Origin: an uncultured Sphingomonadaceae bacterium
GTDB lineage: Bacteria > Pseudomonadota > Alphaproteobacteria > Sphingomonadales > Sphingomonadaceae
NCBI GenBank assembly: GCA_947488845.1
Contig: CANLBM010000002.1
Location: 86,799 to 150,798, forward strand
Length of the DNA: 64,000 nucleotides
Reading direction: 5' to 3'
Position 1 is the stretch's first letter, and each line of letters opens with the position of its first letter. The notes under the pieces are model-generated. The model was not told the DNA's origin. It did no database searches and worked only from the letters and a program-made list of their open reading frames with translations. Position numbers and translations under genes: made by a program. Below, in pieces: positions 11,988 to 19,524 of this stretch.

Positions 11988-12473
11988 TCAGAAAGCGGCC
12001 TTGACCGCTTTCTTCGCATCAGCGGCCGAAACCTTGGCACCGGAAACCGTCGAGACAATTGCCTGAGCGGCTTCGGCTGCCACGGTTTCGATTTCCTTGA
12101 GAGCGGCCGTCTTCGCCGCTTTCAAGGCTGCATCCGCTTCGTCAGCCTTCTTGGCAAAGGCAGTATCGGCCCGTTTGACCGCAGCTTCGTTCTTCTTGGC
12201 CGCCTTCGCCTTGGCTTCGTTGATATTGCCAAGAGCATCGGCCCGCGCATCGTTGATGCTGGTACGATAATCGGTTTCGATCTGCTCGGCCTTGTCTTGC
12301 GCAGCCTGAGCTGCAGCAAGATCATCCGTAATCCGCTTCTGGCGGTCATCGACCGTCTTGCTGATCTTGGGCACCATATTCCGGGCTATGCCGAAATAGA
12401 TGATTCCGATCACGATCAGCAGCCAGAAAAACTGGCTACCGTAGACTTCCAAGAGCTGACTAATTTGAGGCAT
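11988..12473 (-). CDS. atpF2: F0F1 ATP synthase subunit b'
   Basis: MPQISQL...SQFFWLL start typical of alphaproteobacterial b'; Ala/Lys-rich coiled coil. Confidence 0.9.
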   Translation of the reverse strand: MPQISQLLEVYGSQFFWLLIVIGIIYFGIARNMVPKISKTVDDRQKRITDDLAAAQAAQDKAEQIETDYRTSINDARADALGNINEAKAKAAKKNEAAVKRADTAFAKKADEADAALKAAKTAALKEIETVAAEAAQAIVSTVSGAKVSAADAKKAVKAAF

Positions 12474-12504
12474 TATTCACCTGTAAATTCAAGACGCAAA
12501 ACCG

Positions 12505-12549
12505 ATAATCTGGCCGAGCTGCGCAAGGCCAGCGCATTCAGCAGATTAT
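12505..12549 (-). promoter_or_regulatory. Stem-loop at the atpE 3' end (possible mRNA-stabilising element)
   Basis: ATAATCTG...CAGATTAT arms include the atpE TAA and enclose further GC pairing. Confidence 0.35.
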
Positions 12550-12866
12550 TCTGCTGGTGCAGCTGCCGGTGCTTCTACAGCAGCAGGCGCTTCAACAGCG
12601 GCTGCTTCTACTGCAACGACATCTGCTGTTGTAACAGCTGGCGGAGCGTAGAGAATGATCATGGCAACAGCGAAAGCGATCAGGCCGAGCAATTCAGCAG
12701 CAGCAAAGCCGATGAACAGACGTCCCTGCTGGCCGTCAGCCGCCGATGGGTTACGCAGAGCGCCTTCAAGGAAGGAACCGAAAACATTACCAACACCGGT
12801 AGCAGCGGCGCCAACGCCGATTGCAGCCAGGCCAGCGCCGATAACTTGTGCAGAAGAGAGATCCAT
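12546..12866 (-). CDS. atpE: F0F1 ATP synthase subunit c with a ~32-aa C-terminal extension
   Basis: GAGLAAIGVG helix, RNP loop, proton-carrying Glu in FAAAELLG; 106 aa against ~75 aa for a typical c subunit. Confidence 0.95.
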   Translation of the reverse strand: MDLSSAQVIGAGLAAIGVGAAATGVGNVFGSFLEGALRNPSAADGQQGRLFIGFAAAELLGLIAFAVAMIILYAPPAVTTADVVAVEAAAVEAPAAVEAPAAAPAE

Positions 12867-12905
12867 TTTTTTAACTCCGTATTGTAAGACTAGATTGAAA
12901 GTGAC

Positions 12906-13685
12906 TTAGTGAAGATTTTCCGCATCGTTGATATACAACGATGTAAGAAGAGCGAAAACATAGGCCTGAATGGCGCAAACCAGCAATTCCAGCGCACTGA
13001 CAAAGGCGATGAAGATAATGCTGAGAACCGCGATACCCCAACTGGCGCCGCCCGCGTCAATCGCCTGAATGACAAAATTCGCGAACACCTTGATCAGAAT
13101 ATGACCGGCGATCATCGCAACGAACAACCGCAGCGCGAGGCTGAACGGACGTACGAGGAAAGACAAAAGCTCGACCATGAAGATAAGCGGGATCATCACA
13201 ACTGGCGTACCATGCGGAATGAACAGGCTGAAAAACTTGAAACCATGTTTCCAGAAACCGACAACCAGGACGATCGAGAAGCTGATCGCTGCCAGCAGAC
13301 CGGTGACGGTGAACTGGCTGGTGACGGTGAACGGATGGATACCGGGAATGATACCGAATGGCATCATTCCGAGCAGGTTGGAGAACAGGATGAACATGAA
13401 CAAGGTGAACACCCAGGGCGTATATTTCTTGCCATTGGGGCCGATGCTGGTGGCAATGATATTATCGACAAAGCCGACAATGCCTTCAACCATGATCTGC
13501 CAGCGACCGGGAACCAGTTCGCGCTTCATTCCGCCCATCATGAACACATAGAGAAGCCCGAGGACGAGGAACATCCAGAGCGCACTGTTCGTGAAACTGA
13601 TCTGCTGTCCGAATAAAGTGAAGCCATCAAAGATGGGCTGCACTTCAAACTGGTGCATAGGATCAATTTTGCCTTCTGTAGCCAC
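12906..13685 (-). CDS. atpB: F0F1 ATP synthase subunit a
   Basis: DPMHQF start, RPFSLALRLF (conserved Arg), AGHIL, IQAYVF. Confidence 0.97.
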   Translation of the reverse strand: MATEGKIDPMHQFEVQPIFDGFTLFGQQISFTNSALWMFLVLGLLYVFMMGGMKRELVPGRWQIMVEGIVGFVDNIIATSIGPNGKKYTPWVFTLFMFILFSNLLGMMPFGIIPGIHPFTVTSQFTVTGLLAAISFSIVLVVGFWKHGFKFFSLFIPHGTPVVMIPLIFMVELLSFLVRPFSLALRLFVAMIAGHILIKVFANFVIQAIDAGGASWGIAVLSIIFIAFVSALELLVCAIQAYVFALLTSLYINDAENLH

Positions 13686-13703
13686 TAATCTAACCCCTGA
13701 TCG

Positions 13704-14054
13704 TCAATCATCATCATCTGCTAATGCCGTCCCGATGTCGTCCACCGGTTGGCTCGAAATTTTGTAAATCCTCCAGAACGCCGTTCCAATCCCGAGGAAA
13801 AAGAACGACAGAAGGAACAATGGCGAAGTTCCGAACAGATTGTCAAAAAGCCAACCCAATCCAAAACCGACGACCACACCCCCGATCAGATAGCTCAGCA
13901 CGCGCATCCCGAGTTGCTGATGTGCATCAGGCTCCCGGTTCAGGTGCTTAGCTTTGATCCGCTCTCTATTCTGTGCCGATACCAGTCGCTCTTCCAGCGA
14001 TGAAACCCGCACATCCTCTTCGAGGGGATCCCGATCAGATTCGCTCGCTGCCAT
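13704..14054 (-). CDS. atpI: AtpZ/AtpI family protein
   Basis: Two TM helices (LIGGVVVGFGLGWLFD...SPLFLLSFFFLG); first gene of the F0 operon; start placed at MAASESD. Confidence 0.8.
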   Translation of the reverse strand: MAASESDRDPLEEDVRVSSLEERLVSAQNRERIKAKHLNREPDAHQQLGMRVLSYLIGGVVVGFGLGWLFDNLFGTSPLFLLSFFFLGIGTAFWRIYKISSQPVDDIGTALADDDD

Positions 14055-14408
14055 AATGATCCTTTCAAAAGCCCCAAAGAGCGCCAAAAAGAGCCATAGA
14101 TAACAGCAGGCCGACCCGCCAAGGCGCGGTCCGTTTAGGAAAGCAGCGTGCCCAAGTCAACAGCGATGCTGCGATGCGGAAAATTGGGTGTTTCCACGGC
14201 GGGTTATCCGCCATATTTTGACGGGCCACCCCCCGGTATAGCGGGCTGCGACAGGGCTGTTGAGCCGGATTGCGCTTCATGTTCCTGTTCGTGGCCCCAC
14301 GGGATTCTCCTCAGGCCCACTGCCCTTTTGACGCCGCGGTCTGTTTTAGCGCCCTTTTGATGGCACTATATGCTAGCGCCATCATAAAGCGGAAGCCGGG
14401 GAAGACAT

Positions 14409-15323
14409 GTGACATTTGATCTGAAAAATCTCGATCTGTTCGTGCGCGTGGCGGCGCTGGGTGCAATTGGCAAAGCCGGCGCCGAGTTCAATCTTTCACC
14501 AACCAACGCTACGCAGCGGATCCAGGCGCTCGAAACCGATCTTGGCGTCAAACTGCTCAACCGGACGACGCGCTCGATATCCCTGACTCCCGACGGTGAG
14601 GTTTTCGTCGACCATGCCAAACGTGTGCTCGACGCCGCCGAAGAGGCCAGACAGGTTCTCACCCGGTCAACGAAATCGGCGTCGGGCCTGCTCAGGGTCA
14701 CCGCCTCGGCAACATTCGGGCGGGCCCATATCGTCCCGTTTCTCGCCGAGTTTCTTGCCCAGCATCCCGATGTGACGCTCGACCTCAACCTGACCGATGC
14801 GATCGTCGATATTGTCGAACAGGGCTATGAGCTGGCCTTCCGGATCGGCGACCTCGCCCCCTCCTCGCTGCTGGCACAGAAAATCGATGCCAATCCCGAA
14901 TGGCTGGTGGCTTCGCCCGCCTATCTCGAACGCGCGGGACGGCCACAAAAACCGGCCGATCTGGTGGGCCATGCCTGCCTGCCGCTCGGCACCATGCGCA
15001 ACTGGCAGCTGTGCGGTCCCGACGGCAAGCTGCACGATATTGCCGCCTCCGGTCCGGTCAACGTCAATCATGGCGAGGCGATGAGCGTGCTGGTCCGGGC
15101 CGGAGTGGGTATAGGCCTGGCAGCTCTGTGGCATGTCGGACCGGATATAAGGGCGGGCCGGCTGGTCCATGTGCTGCCCGAATATCGAGTGGCGCGGGAG
15201 ACCAATATCTGGGCGGTGCGCCCGCCGGGCCGGGTGATCCCGGCGCGGGTCAAGGCGTTTCTCGACTTCATGCAAAGGCGGATCATCGAAACCAACCGCG
15301 AACGCTATGGCGGGCTGGCCTGA
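14409..15323 (+). CDS. LysR-family transcriptional regulator (CrgA/DmlR-like)
   Basis: HTH (AGAEFNLSPTNATQRIQALETDLGVKLLNRTTR), DIVEQGYELAFRIG; GTG start. Confidence 0.92.
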   Translation: MTFDLKNLDLFVRVAALGAIGKAGAEFNLSPTNATQRIQALETDLGVKLLNRTTRSISLTPDGEVFVDHAKRVLDAAEEARQVLTRSTKSASGLLRVTASATFGRAHIVPFLAEFLAQHPDVTLDLNLTDAIVDIVEQGYELAFRIGDLAPSSLLAQKIDANPEWLVASPAYLERAGRPQKPADLVGHACLPLGTMRNWQLCGPDGKLHDIAASGPVNVNHGEAMSVLVRAGVGIGLAALWHVGPDIRAGRLVHVLPEYRVARETNIWAVRPPGRVIPARVKAFLDFMQRRIIETNRERYGGLA

Positions 15324-15326
15324 TCC

Positions 15327-15349
15327 ATTATTTTGTATTTGCAAATAAT
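15327..15349. promoter_or_regulatory. Candidate LysR operator upstream of nfsB
   Basis: ATTATTT-N9-AAATAAT perfect inverted repeat in the AT-rich lysR-nfsB spacer. Confidence 0.4.
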
Positions 15350-15424
15350 CATTTTCATTTTTAGCCGATAGCCCCGATAATCGGAATTGCTATGATCGTG
15401 CCCAACAACAAGGAGCACCTAATC

Positions 15425-16204
15425 ATGACGCAATTATCCGCAACCCAGACCCCAGCCGCCGACAATTTGAACTATGCGGCAGACAGCCAGCGCATCATCC
15501 CCGCCGATGGCGACCGCAACCCCGCCAGACTGAACGACGGTCAGGACATCACCTATTTCGCCAAGCACCGCCACACCGTGAAAGCCTTTGCCCCCGACCG
15601 CAAGATTGCACCGGAACATGTCGAGAAGATTCGTGACCTGCTGCGCTTCAGCCCGTCGAGCACCAATGCCCAGCCGTGGAAATTCATCCTCGCTTCGACC
15701 GACGAAGGCAAGGAACGGGTCGCCAAATCGACCGACGAACGCTATCCGTTCAACAGCCCGAGCATCCGCAACGCCTCGCATGTTGTCGTATTCGCCAGCC
15801 GCCTCGCGATCGAGGAGGATTTTCTGCTGAAGGTCCTCGACCAGGAAGAACAGGACGGCCGGTTCGACAGCGATCCGGAAACCTTCCGCGCCCAGATGCA
15901 CGGCGGCCGCAGCCTGTTCGTCAATCTGCACAAGCAGGACATGAAGGACGCACAGCACTGGATGGACAAGCAGGTCTATCTCAACATCGGCCAGTTCCTG
16001 CTCGGTGTTGCGACGCTCGGCATTGACGCAACCCCGATGGAAGGCATTGATACCAAGGTATTGGATGAGCAATTCGGTCTGCGCGAGCAAGGCTATAACA
16101 GCCTCGTCGTGGTTGCCCTGGGCTATAGCGACGAAGAAGCCGACTATAATGCCAGGCTGCCCAAATCGCGCCTGCCGCTTTCGGACATATTGATCGAGGC
16201 CTGA
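15425..16204 (+). CDS. nfsB: Oxygen-insensitive NAD(P)H nitroreductase (NfsB type) with N-terminal extension
   Basis: RHTVKAF, SPSSTNAQPW, KQVYLNIG..LLGVATLGIDATPMEG, LPKSRLP match NfsB; AAGGAG precedes ATG 15425. Confidence 0.88.
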   Translation: MTQLSATQTPAADNLNYAADSQRIIPADGDRNPARLNDGQDITYFAKHRHTVKAFAPDRKIAPEHVEKIRDLLRFSPSSTNAQPWKFILASTDEGKERVAKSTDERYPFNSPSIRNASHVVVFASRLAIEEDFLLKVLDQEEQDGRFDSDPETFRAQMHGGRSLFVNLHKQDMKDAQHWMDKQVYLNIGQFLLGVATLGIDATPMEGIDTKVLDEQFGLREQGYNSLVVVALGYSDEEADYNARLPKSRLPLSDILIEA

Positions 16205-16246
16205 GCCCGGGCGATCGATAATCAACAGTCAAAGGACACCCGCACA

Positions 16247-17125
16247 ATGACAAAGAAAACCTTGGTATCGATCGCTACCGCACTCTCCGCGACCGTCGTG
16301 GCTTGTCCACCGGCGGTCGCGCGAGACGCGGCTCCCTCGGCCGTGGCGGTATCCGCTGCCGAAACCGTCGTTCCGGACGACGTGCAATGGGGACCGCTTA
16401 ACGCTGCCCGTGGCGATGCCAGCCCCCGGGCCGGCAATCTCTGGGGCGATCGCACCGCCCCGGGCGCGTCCGGTTTCCTCGTCAAATTCGACGAAGGCTT
16501 TGCCTCGCCGCCGCATATCCACAATGTCACCTATCGCGGCCTCGTTATCGAAGGTCTGGTCCACAATGACGATCCCGCCGCCGCCAATATGTGGCTGCCC
16601 GCCGGTTCCTTCTGGACCCAGTTCGCCGGTGAATCGCATATCACCGCGGCCAAAGGCACCAGCAATCTCGCCTATATCGAAATCCAGGACGGCCCCTATC
16701 TCGTCAAACCGGCCGACGAGGCGTTCGACAATGGCGAACGGCCGATCAACGTCGACCCCTCCAATTTTGTCTGGCTCGACGCTTCGGATATTGACTGGCT
16801 GAAACTGCCGGACAGCGCAGAAACCGGAAGCGCTCCGCAAATGGCCTTTCTCTGGGGAAACCCGCGACCGGGCGAATTGAGCGGGACCTTGCTCAAACTG
16901 CCCGCCGGCTTTTCCGGGGAAATCCACGGCAACGGATCGCCCTTGCGCGCCGTAGTCATCCAGGGAGCAGTCAGCCACAGCCAGACAGGTGGCAACGAAG
17001 AGAAAGCCTTGCCGTCCGGCAGCTATTTCGGGTCAACGGGCTCGGCGACTCACGAGATCACGAACAGTGCAGGCGGCGAAAGCATCATCTATATACGCAG
17101 CATAGGTTCCTTCACTGTCCGTTGA
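16247..17125 (+). CDS. Secreted tandem-cupin protein (DUF4437-like)
   Basis: Signal peptide; [41 protein letters not shown]; second cupin repeat. Confidence 0.75.
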   Translation: MTKKTLVSIATALSATVVACPPAVARDAAPSAVAVSAAETVVPDDVQWGPLNAARGDASPRAGNLWGDRTAPGASGFLVKFDEGFASPPHIHNVTYRGLVIEGLVHNDDPAAANMWLPAGSFWTQFAGESHITAAKGTSNLAYIEIQDGPYLVKPADEAFDNGERPINVDPSNFVWLDASDIDWLKLPDSAETGSAPQMAFLWGNPRPGELSGTLLKLPAGFSGEIHGNGSPLRAVVIQGAVSHSQTGGNEEKALPSGSYFGSTGSATHEITNSAGGESIIYIRSIGSFTVR

Positions 17126-17173
17126 CAATTCGACCGGCACCCGCCCTTCTATTGCCAGCAACAAGGATATCTC

Positions 17174-17986
17174 ATGCCGAAAACGATTCTGATAACCGGC
17201 TCGACCGACGGCATCGGTCTTGAAACCGCCAGGGCGCTGAGCGCGGCTGGGCACAATATTTTGCTGCACGGGCGCAGCGAGCACAAACTGGCTGCCGCGA
17301 AAGCCGGGCTCGACGCTATGCCGGATCACGGAGGCGTCGAGACTTATGTCGCAGACCTGTCCGACATGGCTGCTGTCGAGACATTGTCCGAAGCGGTTGC
17401 GGCGCGGCACAAGCGGATCGATGTGCTGATCAACAATGCGGGAGTCTTTGCCGTTGCCGACACAAGGACAGCGGCTGGTCTCGACGTGCGGTTTGCCGTC
17501 AACACCATTGCCCCTTATCTGCTGACCCGACGCCTATTGCCCCTGCTCGACAAGTCTGGGCGCGTGGTAAACCTGTCCTCGGCCGCGCAGTCACCGGTGG
17601 ATCTAGACGCACTGGCCGGACATGCGGGCCTGTCCGACAGCGCGGCCTATGGACAGAGCAAGCTCGCCCTGACCATGTGGTCGCACAGTCTGGCGCAGGA
17701 ACTGGCACCCGATGGCCCGATGATTGTCGCGGTCAATCCGGGCTCGTTCCTCGGCACCAAGATGGTGCGAGAAGCCTATGGATCAAAAGGCAATGACGTC
17801 GGGATCGGCGTGGATATTCTGGTCCGTGCGGCCTTGTCCGAAGAATTTGCCAAGGCATCCGGCCTCTATTTCGACAATGACAGCGGTCAGTTTGCCCGCC
17901 CTCACCCGGACGCGCTAGACCCGCAGAAATGCGAACAGCTTATGCACAGTCTCGACGCGATCCTGCAGAAACTGTCTCACCGGTAG
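17174..17986 (+). CDS. Short-chain dehydrogenase/reductase
   Basis: TGSTDGIG, NNAG, YGQSK. Confidence 0.9.
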   Translation: MPKTILITGSTDGIGLETARALSAAGHNILLHGRSEHKLAAAKAGLDAMPDHGGVETYVADLSDMAAVETLSEAVAARHKRIDVLINNAGVFAVADTRTAAGLDVRFAVNTIAPYLLTRRLLPLLDKSGRVVNLSSAAQSPVDLDALAGHAGLSDSAAYGQSKLALTMWSHSLAQELAPDGPMIVAVNPGSFLGTKMVREAYGSKGNDVGIGVDILVRAALSEEFAKASGLYFDNDSGQFARPHPDALDPQKCEQLMHSLDAILQKLSHR

Positions 17987-18152
17987 ATTTTACCAGTCAC
18001 CGGAAAAGAGAGCCCGACCATCATCATCACTGCCAGCATCCGCGCAAAACGATAGCGCGATTATCCGCTCGCTGTCGCGAATGACAGATGAACCGAGCGC
18101 CGGGCCGGTGTCGCCCGGGACCCGGGCGCTGTGGATACCTGCGGTCAAGAAA

Positions 18153-18167
18153 TGCAATAGCGTTGCG
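18153..18167. promoter_or_regulatory. Candidate Fur/Mur-type metal-regulator box upstream of mntP
   Basis: TGCAA-TAGCG-TTGCG, one mismatch from a TGCAA-N5-TTGCA palindrome, ~70 bp before the start codon. Confidence 0.35.
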
Positions 18168-18239
18168 ATTTGCGCCATCTGATCAGAATTAGCTCACAGG
18201 ACTGTTGAGTTCCCGAGCGAAAATCTTCAGGAGGCGGCG

Positions 18240-18800
18240 ATGATTTTCGCAACCCTTTTTCTGCTGTCACTGGGCCTTGCGATGGATGCCTTTGCCGCAG
18301 CCGTCGCCCAGGGCGCAGCCAGTCGCCCCAGCCGGTCCACCGCTTTGCGAATGAGCCTGGCTTTCGGGTTTGCCCAGGCGGTCATGCCCCTGCTGGGCTG
18401 GGCTCTCGGAATGGCTTTTGCCGCTGTCATGCAATCGGTGGCTCACTGGATTGCGTTCGTGCTACTGGGCATATTGGGTCTGCGGATGATCCGGGAAGGC
18501 TTGGATTGTGATCCGGAAGCGCCCAGTCAGGATCTGACGCTCTGGCCCTTGCTCGTCATGGCGGTTGCCACCAGTATTGACGCCGCAGTTGCCGGGATCA
18601 CCCTCCCCAGCTTTGGCGCCCCGATCCTGCTGGCGTGTCTGGTGATCGGAATGACCACGTCGCTGATGACTTATCCCGGTGTCTTTCTGGGCGCGCTGAT
18701 GGGCACAAGGGTCGGCAAATGGGCCGAGGTGCTGGGAGGGCTGATACTGATCGGCCTGGGAGCGAAAATCTTCATTTCGCAGCAATTCTTCGCGGTCTGA
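18240..18800 (+). CDS. mntP: Manganese efflux pump MntP
   Basis: LGLAMDAFA, FGFAQAVMPLLGW, ATSIDA, AEVLGGLILIGLG. Confidence 0.93.
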   Translation: MIFATLFLLSLGLAMDAFAAAVAQGAASRPSRSTALRMSLAFGFAQAVMPLLGWALGMAFAAVMQSVAHWIAFVLLGILGLRMIREGLDCDPEAPSQDLTLWPLLVMAVATSIDAAVAGITLPSFGAPILLACLVIGMTTSLMTYPGVFLGALMGTRVGKWAEVLGGLILIGLGAKIFISQQFFAV

Positions 18801-18805
18801 TAACC

Positions 18806-18843
18806 AAAAAAAAAGCGCGCCGATCGGATCGGCGCGCCTTTTG
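18806..18843. terminator. Bidirectional rho-independent terminator between convergent mntP and ydbL
   Basis: A9-GCGCGCCGATC-g-GATCGGCGCGC-cTTTT. Confidence 0.8.
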
Positions 18844-18858
18844 TCATTCCGGTTCAAA

Positions 18859-19257
18859 CTAGTTCAGGCAGCGCGAATCCCGGACCGGATCGCTCGCGTC
18901 GCGGGTGTTCCAGGTACCGGCGGGCGTCTGATATTTCTCGCCCGGCGCGGTCCGCATGATCAGGTTGCAGCCCGAAGTGAAGGCAAATTGCTCGACCGTC
19001 GAGTTGGTTTCCTGCGCCTTGCGGGTATAGGCCGCCTTGCGCTTGATATTGATGTCCTCGACCAGCGCCTTGATCGCCGGAGACGGTGCCGTCACATAGC
19101 CGAGATAGCCGTCGGGCTTCTCGCCGATCTTTCCCGACGAGCGCGCAGCTTCATAAGCGGGATCGCGTTGAGCCATGACCGGTGCGGCAACTACAGCCGT
19201 TAATATCAGTCCGCCGATAATGGCCAAGGCCTTGTTTTTCTTTACTTGTTCAAACAT
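18859..19257 (-). CDS. YdbL (DUF1318) family protein
   Basis: Signal peptide; GEKPDGYLG, INIKRKAAY, PGEKYQ; last gene of ydbH-ynbE-ydbL. Confidence 0.85.
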   Translation of the reverse strand: MFEQVKKNKALAIIGGLILTAVVAAPVMAQRDPAYEAARSSGKIGEKPDGYLGYVTAPSPAIKALVEDINIKRKAAYTRKAQETNSTVEQFAFTSGCNLIMRTAPGEKYQTPAGTWNTRDASDPVRDSRCLN

Positions 19258-19502
19258 TAGAAAATATCCGCTTCCTTGTTGATAAGGTCTTTTGCATCAC
19301 CATCCAGGCGATACACCACTTCCTGCTTGATATTGATATTGAGGTTGATGACAATCGGCTTGTCCGGTGCAGAAACCTGCACACAGGCGGAAAGTCCGAT
19401 TGCTGCCCCCAAAATCAGGCCGGTGGTGGTTAAACTCCTCATATTGCGTCGAATCGCACCATATGGTCGATCCGTCAATTGACTTGTCTGATAAAGCATC
19501 AT
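19257..19502 (-). CDS. YnbE family lipoprotein
   Basis: Lipobox LSAC, then APDKPIVINLNINIKQEV; GAGGGG precedes ATG 19502 (alternative start 19442). Confidence 0.85.
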   Translation of the reverse strand: MMLYQTSQLTDRPYGAIRRNMRSLTTTGLILGAAIGLSACVQVSAPDKPIVINLNINIKQEVVYRLDGDAKDLINKEADIF

Positions 19503-19524
19503 CGCTTTCCCCTCGCTGAATGGA

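Noticed and set aside
14065-14280. 71-aa ORF upstream of atpI
   Set aside because: No motif, weak RBS, and it lies in the probable atp promoter region.
17990-18178. 62-aa minus-strand ORF or gene remnant between SDR and mntP
   Set aside because: No RBS and no recognisable homology in any frame I read.
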